A DNA stretch of 64,000 nucleotides from Monocercomonoides exilis PA203 (Eukaryota; Protista; Preaxostyla): positions 1,054,001-1,118,000 of the forward strand of contig LSRY02000024.1 of NCBI GenBank assembly GCA_001643675.2, given 5' to 3'. A program made the translations under genes and the position numbers. Below are positions 11,634 through 25,200 of this stretch, in pieces. Each line of letters begins with the position of its first letter. The first letter of the stretch is position 1. The notes under the pieces were generated by a model. It had not been told where the DNA came from. It made no database searches and saw only the letters and a program-made list of their open reading frames with translations.

Positions 11634-12518
11634 ATGGAATTTGAGACCGATCTGTTTTATGTTACGTTTTTCGCTTTCATATTTTATTCATGTATAATTG
11701 GGATAAGCTATTGGATTTCAAAAAAATACATAAAAACGTTTCAAAAACTTGATAATGTTGATAAAATGAACTGGGTCGCAGAGTACGTATTTTATGTCCT
11801 TTGAAAACGGAATTTTCTTTCTAATTGTATTGTTTTAGTACAAGTGCAACCACTCATGCAATAGTTGCAACTCTCATGGCATTTTATATTTTAAAAAATT
11901 TCGGGAAACAAATGTGGATTGAAGGCTGTGGTCCATCTCCATGTGTAGTAAAGGTTGCAATGGCCCAGAGCCTTGGATATTTTATTGAAGACACTCTCTT
12001 GTTCCTTCCATTTTTAACTACACCAAAATCTGGTGGAATAACAATACTTTTACACCATCTTGTGTGTCTGCTGTACACCACATTCTTTATAGTGTGTCAA
12101 TATTTTTTCAAAAAAAAAAAATATTTATCATTATTTTCTTTCAAAGTTTACTGGATATGCACCTCTTCAAACTACAGGAATTTTGCTTACAGAATTCTCA
12201 ACTCCTTTTCTTCATATCAGATGGTATATGAAAAAATATAACATGGAAGAAAGTTTAGCATATGTCGTTAATGGTGCCATCTTGTGTATAACGTATTTCA
12301 CATTTCGAGTTCTTTGGACAAGCTTTCTTGTGATCCATATTGTGCTCTATCGGAGTCAAATCTATGATCTCAAAGTGCATGGATTGTTTTCTGTGGCTGT
12401 TGGGCAGTTAACGTATTGGATGTTATACATTCTTGATTTTGGATGGTGCATTGCGATTATAAGAGCGTTCTTTTATCGACTTGGAAAGTATCGGTCCTCT
12501 CATAAAAAGCAGAATTAG
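11634..12518 (+). CDS. TLC (TRAM/LAG1/CLN8) domain membrane protein, TLCD4/TMEM56-like, 3 exons
   Basis: Introns 11783-11838 and 12092-12146 join three ORFs. TLC motifs TTHAIV, GYFIED, LLHHL, TEFSTPFLHIRW and NG..LCITYFTFRV are present, with multiple TM helices. Confidence 0.85.
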
Positions 12519-13572
12519 AACAATCAATTCAATATGATTTCTTCAAATTTCTTAAATAAATTCGCAAATGGAATAAAGTTGTTCCAATTGAAAAAGGTAA
12601 TTACAAAAAATCCAAATTATAAGAAAAGAGTGTATTGAAGTCATCTTGAAGGAATTGAAAGGCTTATAAAGAGGATGTGATTATGAGGCTTGCAAATAAA
12701 AAGAAAAATATCATATTACCAATCCAAAGTTTAATGAACTTTTTCACTTCAATATTTCTATTTTGAAAAGTTGTTAAGAACTTATTCTTCATTTGTTAGA
12801 ATTCTTCTTATCACAGTGTTTAATGATAGTCTTTGAATAAAAATTAATTTATGAAGCCTTTTCACAAGTTTTAGTTTGAATTTTTTCAATACTCGATTTT
12901 TTCCCACATAAATCAAAATTGCTAAAAAGGATAATAAACAATATTCCATGTTTCTCTTTCTTCTCGTGAAAGTATCAAATTCTATGAGTGAAAAAAAATG
13001 TTATTTTCTCCTGCTCATTCTCTTTTTCACTTATACACACACTATTTTTTCTTTTTTTTTTTTCGAATAGTTGTCTTTTTTTTCTCCTGAGCACAAGTGA
13101 GGAATTTTTATAATGCAACTTAACCAGTTTTATCTATTGTACACAATTAAATACCGAGAAAAACATCAAAAAAGATTTTGGATTATTGAAATAGTCAAAT
13201 GTCTCAAATCATTTTTTTGTTGAAAAACTACTAATTTGAAACTGTTTTTTGGAAAATACATATAAATTTTCAACCTTTCAATTCAATACAGAATTTCACA
13301 TTTTCAATCTTAAACGGATGATTATTTTTGAAATCATTACATTTTTTTTTTTTTTATGTTAAAAATTTGATAGTTTTTCTTTTTTTATATAATTATTTTT
13401 CTACGATATTTAATTTTTATCATAATGATTTCTAAGATCAAAGTTCGATATGACTGAAAGATGGAAATGCAATTTAAAATCGTCGCACCTTTTATCATTC
13501 GAATTTAGTAAACTTATAATTCGAAATTAATAAAATTGAGAATTTTTTAATGAAAAATTTTTGAGATAAATT

Positions 13573-13778
13573 GGCAGATCCTTTTTGAAATCACACTTTC
13601 GTACGAGTTTTGATCAAAATTTTGTTTTCAATGGGATGTTGAAAAATATGAGTTGAAATAGTGAATACTTATTGTTAATGATATCGCTATTCCAAAAACA
13701 AATTTTGATACAAATCCCATTGATATCTAAATTTTGATCAAAACTCGAACGATAGTCTGACCTCAAAAAGGATCAGCC
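13573..13778. mobile_element. MITE-like element (206 bp) with ~65-bp imperfect TIRs, flanked by AATT
   Basis: The left end GGCAGATCCTTTTTGAAATCACACTTTCGTACGAGTTTTGATCAAAATTT matches the reverse complement of the right end, GGCTGATCCTTTTTGAGGTCAGACTATCGTTCGAGTTTTGATCAAAATTT. AATT lies on both sides. Confidence 0.7.
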
Positions 13779-14344
13779 AATTGGCCACTGGATGAGGATC
13801 GGAAAGTTTTTTAAATATTTCATGTTTTCAATATTCATAAAAAGGATGAGAAATTGAACCTGTCATATATTTTTTTGAATACAGATATCGCATAAAATAC
13901 CGGACAAGATCGATTTCTCAATAACTGCAAGAGGAATATTTCTAGCAATTTTTCTAAAAGTATTTCTCATCAATACAAACTCAATTGATAAACGAGACTT
14001 TCAAAATTGCTTCATATGTGCTCAGAGAAAATGATTATCGAAATTTTGGTAAAATAGGAGTTTGATTTTCTCTCCGAGATTTTAAAAATAATTTTCTCTG
14101 AGCACATATGAAGCAATTTTGAAAGTCTCGTTTATCAATTGAGTTTGTATTGATGAGAAATACTTTTAGAAAAATTGCTAGAAATATTCCTCTTGCAGTT
14201 ATTGAGAAATCGATCTTGTCCGGTATTTTATGCGATATCTGTATTCAAAAAAATATATGACAGGTTCAATTTCTCATCCTTTTTATGAATATTGAAAACA
14301 TGAAATATTTAAAAAACTTTCCGATCCTCATCCAGTGGCCAATT

Positions 14345-14550
14345 GGCTGATCCTTTTTGAGGTCAGACTATCGTTCGAGTTTTGATCAAAATTTAGATAT
14401 CAATGGGATTTGTATCAAAATTTGTTTTTGGAATAGCGATATCATTAACAATAAGTATTCACTATTTCAACTCATATTTTTCAACATCCCATTGAAAACA
14501 AAATTTTGATCAAAACTCGTACGAAAGTGTGATTTCAAAAAGGATCTGCC
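14345..14550. mobile_element. Mirror copy of the MITE in the right palindrome arm
   Basis: Reverse complement of 13573-13778. Confidence 0.7.
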
Positions 14551-15190
14551 AATTTATCTCAAAAATTTTTCATTAAAAAATTCTCAATTTTATTAATTTC
14601 GAATTATAAGTTTACTAAATTCGAATGATAAAAGGTGATTAAAGTTATGTATTCATCCATGTATTCAAAACAAATATTCTAACTGACATTTTGGATAGAA
14701 AAATAATAAAATAGAAAAGAATTTTAGCACATCGAAGAAAAAAAATCACATTGTTAATAAAAATTTGGAAATTATCCACCTCACGTAATGATAGTGATTG
14801 AAATAAAAATTGCATGTGAAAAAAAAGTTGTTTTTCAAATATTATGTGTTTGAATAACAAAAATGTTTAAATCGAATCTCTCTTTTGAAGTTTCTTAAAA
14901 GAATTACATTTGGAAAATTATTCTTAACTCCAAAAACATCAAAATGAAAATTTTTTAACTCAAAAAATTTGCTTTAATTTTTTGAATTTATAATTTCACT
15001 TTTGTGAAAAGTCCATTCTTGTTTGAGTGAAAGAAAAGAAAAATGTTTAACATAAAAAATATTCTTAAAAACTTTTTGATTCATGTTCTTATTTATTATA
15101 CTCAAAAATTTATTATTTCACATTATCAAAAGAAAAAAAAATTGTTTTTTAAAATAAATCATACAAAGAAAATATTGAAAACAACATTTG

Positions 15191-16111
15191 TTAGTTTGAA
15201 AAGGATAAGACCCCATCAAAATAATCTGAAATGAATTTTTGATTGGTGCTTAACTTTTCTTTTTCTTTAATTATAAAAGCATTTTCTATTATTTTTCTCT
15301 CAGCACTTAGAAGATTCAACCTATCTTGAAGAGAAGACATGACTTTTGATTCGCCGTGAAGCTTTGATAAAACATGATCATATTGTGATTTTGTCAGCGG
15401 AGAAGAAGAAGCATTTGAAGCATTGCCAACAGAAGCAACAACTAAAAGAAGCTGCATAACTTTATTCTTCAGTTGCTTTTGAGTTTCTTTTATTTTTTTT
15501 ATTTGTTCCAAGAGGCGTTGCGACATAATTCTAATTGATTTATATATCCATATTGCAATATATACCATATGAGTTTGCCTACGAGCAATTTCTCCAAGTG
15601 TCTCAGTTCTTTCTATGCATGCTTCTTCAAATAGTTTTGTTCTAATATTGCTTTGAAGTGGTATTGGTGAAGAATTTAAACTTTCTGGAAGGTGAAGCGC
15701 TTTTAATATAGTTGGTGAAAGATGAACATGATTTGAAGATTTTAGTATGGAAAAAAAATGATGAATAGGAGTATAGTCAATGGTGAAGCTTGACGGAATA
15801 ATCGATGAACGTAATGAAATTGGTTTTTTGGAGAATTCTTCTTGAAATGATTGAAGAATTTCTTTCAAAATAGAAAAATGAACGTCAACTGCTTTTTCCA
15901 CCTGTTCATAATTTTGTAAAGAATAACACATGCAAGAATTCTTTTGTGAAATGTCGTGACTTTCGTTTAGAAAACGAGAAACAGAAGAAAGAAGAATTGT
16001 TGTTGATTGAAGTTGAGACCAGTCGAAAGATGATATTTCTTCGTCACAACTTAAGGAATCACTTAGTGCTAGCATAGCAATTTCGAAAATTTCTGATATA
16101 CTTCGAAACAA
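15191..16111 (-). CDS. Hypothetical helical/coiled-coil protein (start uncertain; weak HAUS3-like resemblance)
   Basis: A 306-codon ORF in AT-rich DNA with heptad-like C-terminal half, divergent from the CHD gene. Confidence 0.6.
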   Translation of the reverse strand: MFRSISEIFEIAMLALSDSLSCDEEISSFDWSQLQSTTILLSSVSRFLNESHDISQKNSCMCYSLQNYEQVEKAVDVHFSILKEILQSFQEEFSKKPISLRSSIIPSSFTIDYTPIHHFFSILKSSNHVHLSPTILKALHLPESLNSSPIPLQSNIRTKLFEEACIERTETLGEIARRQTHMVYIAIWIYKSIRIMSQRLLEQIKKIKETQKQLKNKVMQLLLVVASVGNASNASSSPLTKSQYDHVLSKLHGESKVMSSLQDRLNLLSAERKIIENAFIIKEKEKLSTNQKFISDYFDGVLSFSN

Positions 16112-16284
16112 CTTAAATATCTTTTGCTTAATATAATAAGTTTAAGAGTTTTACATTTCCTGATCTGGGAGAAAAAATAATACAGTTATAGGTCGATCAT
16201 TGTTTTTTTTTATTTTTCAACTGAAAAAAGCATTTAAAATCTTTCTTTACACGTTCGTTGCATTTAAAATTTAAAAGCTCATCA

Positions 16285-19200
16285 ATGGAGAAAAGATCTT
16301 ATGAGCTGCCAAATGATCCAGTTGTCAATACAAAACATACCAAAGCAACGCAAATATCAAATAGTAATGTTATAAATTCAGATGTTAATGAAACTTCAGA
16401 CCTAGTTGCTCGAATTCATCTTCCAAAGCATCGTTTAGATCCATTGGCCCAATCGTCTTCTTTGAACTCTCTTGAAGAAAATAAAGAAAATAATTCTCGA
16501 CGCTCACTGAGGGTACCACATCCAAAATTAAAAGATAGCGAATATGTGGTGGATGAACTTGATCAAATCATTGAAGAACAAGAGAAAGTTGACGAGGATC
16601 TGAAGAAAGTCAGAAAGAAGCAATTAAAATCAAATGCTATTTCCCAAGAAAAGAAACGCGAAAAGGACAATACTGCTCAAATTTCTGTATTATCTCAAAC
16701 AAGAGAAAGACGTCAAATTAAACCGCCAAAGGAGTACGAAAGTTATGATGATTCGATCACTTCATATTCTGAAAGATCATTAAATTCTCGCTCATTATCT
16801 GATCAAACTGAAGCTGATGATTTACTAAAGGCAATGGACAAAGTTGATTCATTATTTAAAGATGATGGGGATATATCTTCAGGATTGATAGAGGTCATTT
16901 CTGATGATTATGATTCTATTCAGAACTCTGATGAAAATGAATCCGAAAGCGAAGTTAATCCACCACCATTTCCATTTAAACAGCAATCTCACACTTTGCA
17001 TGAACGTCCACTAGCTAAGAACAATTCGCGTGTCTTTCAGTTGAAACAAAATGGAGCAGCTATCACAGTGAAAAGAAATACGGATTCAAAAATGGAGATG
17101 GATGAGGATGCTGTTTCCTCGCGTAAATGGAATAAAACGCGCAAAAGACATGATGCCGACTCAGAAGCAGATCCTTTTGGATCCGAGAAGCGCAATGAGG
17201 AGGGAGAAGGAGAAGAGAGAAAGCAAGAGAATACTTTGGAAAGCACCGCAAAAGAAGCAACTGAAGAGGACACTAACAAGGAAAATTCAGAAGATACAGC
17301 GAATGATGCAAAGTCCTCGCAGCCAACTGGACGTGGAAGAGGAAATGGAAGAGGAAGAGGAAGAGGAAGAGGGAGGGGACGAGGAGGAGGTAGTGGTGGC
17401 GGCGGAGAAGAGAAAATTGGGGAGAAGGAAACAGAGAAAGAAGGAAAGAGAAATGAAGAGAATGAAGATGAATTTGTTGAGCCTGCAAAGAATAAAAAGA
17501 AAGAAGAAGATTTGCCTGTGAAGAAAAAGAGGAGTTTAAGAACTGCCACGAAAACAGATGATGCTTTTGGAAAAGACGAAGAAAGCAGAAAGAAACACGG
17601 AAGAGAAGAAGACGAAGAAGAAGAAGAAGACGATTATGAAGAAAAGAAGAAAGAATATGCAATTCACATTAATAATGACGATGACGATGATGATGACGAT
17701 GAAGAGAAAAAAGACAAAGAAATCAGAGAAAAAGGGAAGATGGAAGAAGACAAAGAGGTCAGTTTTGTCAGCCGAAGCATCCACGGAGACGAAAGCAGTC
17801 TCAGAGAAATGAGAAGAAGGAGCTTCATGGGCAATCGAAGGAACAACCAAAAGGCTACTCCAAGCCCAGCTCCCAGTCCCGGCCCCAATCCAAAAGCAAA
17901 AGCCAAAGCGAAATCGAAACAGAATTCCACACAAAATAAGAAAGAAAGCAAGGAAAACGGAGAAAATGAAGAAAGCGAAGAAAGCGATGTGTGTCTTGAG
18001 GACATCTTCGGGAAGGACTTCAAAAAGCAGAAGAGAAACCGCAAGCGGCGCAAACCCAGCCGCAAGAGTGATTCGAGCTCAGATGAGTCGTCTTCAGAGG
18101 ACTCGTCTGAAGACATCCCCACAAACGAAATGCCGGAATTCTCCCACATTTTGGCAATTCGAAGGGCAATTTTGCCGGCAATTCCAGCTTCTGCTACAAG
18201 TTTTGGGAAGATGGTGATTGAGTATGACAAGGAAGAGGAAGAGATGCGGATTTTGGATGTGGACGAGATGGAAGAGAGAATAAACAGGGAAATGAATGAA
18301 GAAGAGGAAGAGTATGCAAGAGAAGAGAAAGAGAAGGAAGAGGAGAAGAGAAGGATGGAGGAGGTAAACACGAAGAATAAAGAAAAAGAAGCAAATGAAA
18401 AGGGAGATGAATCTGTTGCAATGGAAATTGACGAAGAAGGCAATACAACAAGAGCAGACAAAGAAGTAACTGAAATCACAGAATCAACGCAAAGCGAAGG
18501 AAAAACAGAGGAAAAACCTTCATCTTCAGATTCTCAAAGGCAATCTGAAAGAAAGTCATATTCTTCCTCTTCTTCTTTTGCGTCCTATCGAAACATCAGA
18601 ATGAAGTGGAAGCATCCACATTATGTGTTCAATCCACGAAACGTGTTTCCGTTCAGAGATTCATTGGCTGCACTGTATTGGATGAAAGAACAGGAAAGGC
18701 TGCAAAGCACAAATGACACATCAGATACGAAAACAGCAACAAAATCAAAGAATTCAAAGACTTCTTCAACAATATCATCATCCTCTTCCTCCTCTGCTCT
18801 TCTCTCTTCTTTCCCACCTTTCCCCGACTTCGGAACAAAACTGCCTGTTCTTCGACTCCCCTCAGAAGAGCAGTGCAATGGGCCAACATCGCATCTTGAG
18901 TTTCTTGTGAAATGGAAGGACTCCTCGTACATTCATTCGCAGTGGGTGTCTTCCTCGTTTATGGAAAGAGACGACAGGTGGAAGAGCAAACTGACGCTGT
19001 TCAAGAGAAGAATAGCAGAGAAGATGGAAGAGAGGAGAGCGGAAAAGGAGAAGAGAAAGGGAAGGAAGAAGAGAGAGGAGAAAGAAGAAGATGACGATGA
19101 GAAAGAGAAAGAGAAAGAGAATAGTGAAATTGAGAAAGATGAAGAAAAAGACGAAGAGAAAGGAAAAAAGAAAAAAGGAAAAGAGACAAAAAGATCAGCC

Positions 19201-22200
19201 GAAAAATCGAAGAAAGGTAAAAAAAAGAAGAGAAGAGAAGGAGGCAACGAAGGAGATGAAGCGACAGATGAAGACAACAAAGAAGAAGGAGTAGGAGAAA
19301 GAGAAGAAGAAGAAGAAGAGCTCCGCCCTGTTCAGCCACTTGACCAGTCGATCATTGCGAGAGGAGAAGACAACGATGAGACAGAGACAGAAGCAGAAGA
19401 TGCGATGGAGACAGCCGAAGAGAAGAGGCAAAGAGCAGCAGAAGAGCAGAGGAGAAGAAGGGCAGAGCGGATGAGAGAGAAAGAGAGAGAAAGAGAAAGA
19501 CAGCAGAAGATGTACTTTGAGCAGAATTCGATGCGGGGCGGGCTTTTGAGGCTGAGAAGCAGCGGAGAAGAGGAATCAGAAGAAGATTCAGAAGAAAGCA
19601 ATGAAGGAGGAGAATACAATGGAAGATATAGAAAGATTAATGACAGCAGCGAAGAAGAAGACGAAGACGAGTATGATGCTGATGGCAACAAGAACAGAAA
19701 GTACAAAGCAAGAGAAGAGCAAGAGAATGAGTCAAATGAATCAAATGAAGAAGAAAGCGATGAAGATGGAGTGAATGAAACATCTGATTCAGACGCATCA
19801 TCGTCGATGGGAAAAGCCAAAAATGGACAGAGGAAGAAGAAGACAAGCACAAATACAGACGCAAAGAAGAAGAAGAAGAAGAAAGGAAATAAGAAATTAT
19901 CTCAGTCAGAAGAGATTGAAGCACTAACATCTCCCACCTCGTTCATGATGTCTTCCTCATCCGACGTTATTTCCTCTGATTTTGTGTCTTCCTCTTCTTT
20001 TGTGCCGTTTGCACCAGACAACTTGCAAGTCGAGAGAATTCTGTCTATTTCAACGACTTCTTCGTTGGAGGACTGTTTGGGCTTCACGAAGCAGCTGAGA
20101 CTGCCTCCTGTTCTGCTGATGAAGCATTTCCTGGTCGATGGATCAGAAGAGCAGAAGGCGATAGAAGAGAAAAGCAAGCCTTCACAGGGGAATTCAGGTG
20201 CTTCAGGTAACAAAGGCAAAGACTGTGAGAAAAAGAATGAAAATGATAAGAAATCAACATCATTGCCAACCTCCCTAACACTCTCCCCACTTGCTGCCTC
20301 GTATTACCTGAGCCCTCTTCTCTCTGCCATGCGCCACCCGCCAGGCAGCAAGCGCATCCCACGAGCAGTCATCGCTGCCTTCACCCCTTCTTCACTGTGC
20401 TCCATGCAGTGCCTCGTGAAGTGGCGCAATGTGCCCTTTGAGAACTGCACGTGGGAGTGGGTGTTGGACATACTCCCTTCGGCCATTCCACAGCTCGTTG
20501 ACTATTTGTACTGGAAGCACCAGAATCCGATCCCAATGTTCATTCAGGAAAAAAACAAGCACAAACCAGTTGTGTCATTTACTTCGGGGGGAAGCTACGG
20601 GGTTTATCCGTTCTCCTCCCACAAAAGCAGAATGAAAGCACTCAAACTGAAGCAGATGCGCGAGGCACAGCAAGGCACTGTCTCTTCTCCCACTCTTTCT
20701 CCTTTAAAAGCTTCATTTGACGATTCATCTGAGTCACCTGCACCTCAAATGGTATTCACTTCACCGCCGCAATCTCCTTCCTCACTCGACACGCCTATAG
20801 ACACACCAACTTCACATCTCCAGTCTCCTCTCTATGATCAAATACCTGCCTCTCCATCACCATCACCATCATTATCTCCTTCACCTTCTCCTTCACCTTC
20901 TCCTTCACCTTCTCCATCTGACTTCTCTGCTGTTGGCATTCCTGACTCTGATGCTTTGGTCTCTCCAGTCACAACACCTGCTCCTCTTTCTCCTCTTTCA
21001 GGATCAGCCTCTCCCTCTCCTTCCCCCTCACCCACATCCCCATCTTCATCACACATCACTTCATTCTCTCTCCCATCTCCTTCTCCTTCTCCTTCTCCCT
21101 CACCTTCTCCATCACCTTCTCTTCCTCTCTTCTTCAAGAACGACCACATTCTGCGCACATACCAGGAAGTTGGTGTCAAATGGCTTCTGTCTCATTGGAG
21201 AGAAGGCAAAAACTGTCTCCTTGCCGACGAGATGGGGCTGGGGAAGACGATCCAGGCAGTCGCCTTTCTAGAGCAGCTGACGAGGCAGGAGAAGATCATT
21301 GGCCCATTTCTCGTGATTGTGCCTTTGTCGACGATGGCGCAGTGGGAGAGGGAGTTTGAGGAGTGGAGCGACATGACGTGTCTGGTGTATCATGGCCCAG
21401 TGGTGTCGAGGGAGATCATCAGAGAGCTGCTGTGGAAGAAGGAGAAAGTGGTGAAAGGGAGCAAAGTGAAAGGGCTGGGCTTCCAAGTGCTGATCACGAC
21501 GTACGAGATGGTGATGCTCGACTTCCAGCAGTTCATTTCAGTGGACTGGCGGGAGATTGTGATCGATGAGGCGCACCGGCTGAAGAGCAAGCACTCACGC
21601 ACATTTCAGGATCTGAAGAAGATCAATGCAGAACACACGGTGCTGATGACAGGCACGCCACTACAGAATAACATGCAGGAGCTGTTCTCTTTGCTTCACA
21701 TACTCGACCAGGATGTGTTTGAGAATGAGGAGCTGTTTCTGAAGGAGTTCCGGAACGTGACGAAGAACAGGGAGAAGATGCGTGAATTGCACCAAGTGCT
21801 GACAGAGTACATGCTGCGGAGGATGAAGGAAGATGTGGAGGCGTCCATCCCCATCAAAGAGGAGACGATTGTGGATGTGGAGCTGACGCGGCTGCAGAAG
21901 CAGTACTACAAAGCTATCCATGAGAAGAACATGCGCTTTCTGGCAAGAGGAGCAACATCAAAGCAGAACGTGCCGCATCTTGTGAACATCATGATGGAGC
22001 TGCGAAAGTGCTGCAACCACCCCTTCCTCATCAAAGGAGCTGAAGAGTCGATTATGAAGCAGGCTAAAGCGAAGACGGAATCTGACCGCTTTGCGCTGCT
22101 GGTGATGTCTTCAGGGAAGTTTGTGCTGTTGGACAAGCTTCTTCCCAGGCTGAAGAAAGAAGGGCACAAAGTGCTCATCTTCTCGCAGATGACGCGGGTG

Positions 22201-25200
22201 CTCGATCTGATCGGGATGTATCTCAAGTGGCGAGGCTATTTGTACGAGAGGATCGACGGCAGAGTGCGCGGCGTGGATAGACAAGAGGCAATCGACCGGT
22301 TCTCTCAAAAGGGCGGGAAGCGGTTCATCTTCCTTCTCTGCACACGCGCAGGAGGTGTGGGGATTAACTTGACAGTGGCAGACACAGTCATCATCTTTGA
22401 CTCTGACTGGAACCCGCAGAACGACATTCAAGCACAGGCAAGATGTCACAGAATAGGACAGAAGAACAAAGTGGTTGTATATCGTCTGATCACCAGAAAC
22501 AGCTACGAAGAGCAGATGTTTGAGTCTGCGTCGAGGAAGCTGGGGCTGGACGATGCAGTGATGGGCGGGGTGCGGGCGAGGAGGAGAGGGCAGGAAGGAG
22601 AGGAAGGAGAAGAGGAAGAGAGAGGAGAGGCAGGTGAACAGAAGAAGAAAGAAGGAGAAGGAGAAGAAGGCGACGAGAATGTGATTGAGGTGTCGAGAGG
22701 AGTGAAACTGTCAGACAAGCAAGTTGACACGCTTCTGAAAAGAGGGGCGCTGAGCGCACTGAAAGACGACGACGATTCGTCTTCTGCATCTTTTGAGCGA
22801 TCGACAATTGATGAGATTCTGTCGAAGTCGCGAGTGCTGAAGTATTCTGGTGCTGACAGCAGGAGGGATATTTTGAGAGTGCACCAGAATGACATAAAGG
22901 GGATTGGGAATGAGAAGGAAGGAGGAGAAGAGAAGAATAAGGAGAAGAATGGCAATGAGATGAAGAAAAGTGTAAATGAGAGCATCAATATGAATGTGGA
23001 AAGAGCAAAGGAAAAGGAAAAGAAACAAGCAGACAACAATATTAAAATGGAATATGACACAAATGAAAGTGAAAGAAAAGATGAAGATAGAGCAATTAAT
23101 GGAGAAACAACCATTTCTGATGAAAGCAACATCAGAATGCAAAGTGATACAAATGAGATGGCAACATCAAATGATACAAACGAAATGATAAGTGATAAAA
23201 ACGAAGATGCTCAACAAAACGATAAAAAAAACACACCAACTGCAACATCTACAGACAATTCGACAACTCAACAATCAGCAGCAGCAAGTACAGTAGAAGC
23301 AATTAATACAACTTCATCATCATCATCTTCTTCTTCATTGTCACCTCAACCACAATCAACATCAACCACATCCAATTCAACTGATTCTTCAGTCTCACCG
23401 CCATCTCCATCATCATCATCATCGTCGTCATCATCACTCTCCTTATCTATCAGTGCTAATGACATTATAGCTGATGATGCTGGCGATGATCTGCGCTCAG
23501 CAATTGATGTGGAGACATTCGAAATCGAAGACAAGACAAAAGAGGCGCTGGTGAGCATAAACGACCCCCAGTTCTGGATGAAGCTGCTTCCTGTGGCACA
23601 AGTTCTGCTGCAGCACGAGATGATTGAAGATGGAGGGAGATGGAGGAGAGGGAGAAAGAGAGGGAGAGGAAGGGGAAGAGGAGGAGGAGGAAGAGGGATG
23701 GGAGAGGACAGATTGTATGGAGCGTGGAGAAGCATGCAGAGGAGCTATGCAGTCAGCGATGCTGCTGGCAATGAAACACCAACAAATGAAGGAAGCGAAG
23801 TGCCAACGCCACTTCAATCGCCTTCTGACAGTCAATCGACTGTTTCATCATCATCTGCACAACAACAGACAGCTTCTGCGGAATCCAATCAACAGTCCAT
23901 TTCATCTGCTAACACTTCATCAACAGACAATTCTTCAACTTCTTCTTCTTCTTCAAATGAACAATCATCTGAAATAAACCAATCAGGTGTCATTCTGATG
24001 CCCCATCCACTCTCTTCCTCTTCTCTTTCTCTTTCGCCTTCATCTTCATCTTCTTCCACATCAAGCAATATTGCGTCACCTCTTTCAGACACTTCATCAT
24101 CCTCTTCAACAGACAAAACACCAAAATCACCACAACCTCTCTTCAATCCACCTTCAGCCTATTCCACTCCATCTCCTTCTCCTTCCCCGTCATCTTCTGC
24201 CTCATCATCCCTTTTAACATCATCGCCTCCTCCTTCCTCCTCCTCAGCTGCCCTCCCCACCCCTTCTCCTTCTTTCCTCCTTTCCATCCCTTCTCTCTCC
24301 TACATTCCTTCATCTCGCCCTGATGAGCTGCAGATCCATCTGACTGATGAGCTGAAATCGAGCATTGCAGACATCGTGAGCCAGGCAGGGTTTGAGTGGG
24401 ACGGCGAAAAAGGCGAGTTCGAAGAGAATCCTGATTGGTATTTGGATATGCCATCTGTTGCCAATGACAACAAAAATGATGTTTTGATGGCAGACAAACA
24501 GGACGAAATGAATGGGGCGTCGCAGGCGAATGGGCAGTTCACAGAGCTGAAGATGAAGCAAAGGATGTTTCTTATCCAGCAGCGGAGGTCAGTGCGGATG
24601 AGGAGGAGAAGAGCAGCAGACAGCGACATGATCACAAACATGGATGCGCTGGATTTGAGTGAAAATGAAGAAGATGAAGATGGGGAGAGGGAAGATGGAG
24701 GAGGAGAAGACGAGAAGAGAGGAGAAGGAGACGAAGACGATGAAGACGGGACAGAAGATGCGAGGGATGATAAAGATGGCACATACATTGCGAGGAAGTC
24801 GAAGATGGATTTGAACTCAGATGATGCCATGGACGATGATGCAAGTGACTATTGCTATGACTTTGAGGATGTGCGGCTGGAGCGGAAGAGAGATGGAGAA
24901 TACGACGAAGAGCTGATTGAGAAAGAGGAGTTTGAGCAGTATGGATTCAGAATGAATGGAGAAGATGACTGGAAGGACGGAGAGTGGAACATGAAGGGAG
25001 AGGAAGACGAAGATTTTGAGGATATTTTTGAAGGGCTGAAGCTGAAGAATGATTCATCGAAGGGGAAAGTTGGGTTTGTGCTGATGGAAAGGATGTTGAT
25101 GAAGGCGCTGGCGAAAGGAGAGCAGTTCACATACATTTTGGATCTGATACAAGACGATGAAGGAGAGAAAGACAAAGAAAACAAAGGAGAAGAAGGGAAA

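Larger units (their letters stand above)
13486..14637. repeat. Palindrome: 547-bp inverted arms (13486-14032 and 14091-14637) with a 58-bp spacer
   Basis: The arms read as reverse complements (CACCTTTTATCATTCG... / ...CGAATGATAAAAGGTG). Coordinate sums are equal (28123) at both ends. No TSD. Confidence 0.95.

Noticed and set aside
13977-13991. AAACTCAATTGATAA shared with ~43806 inside the hAT
   Set aside because: A short AT-rich match with no extended homology, compatible with chance.
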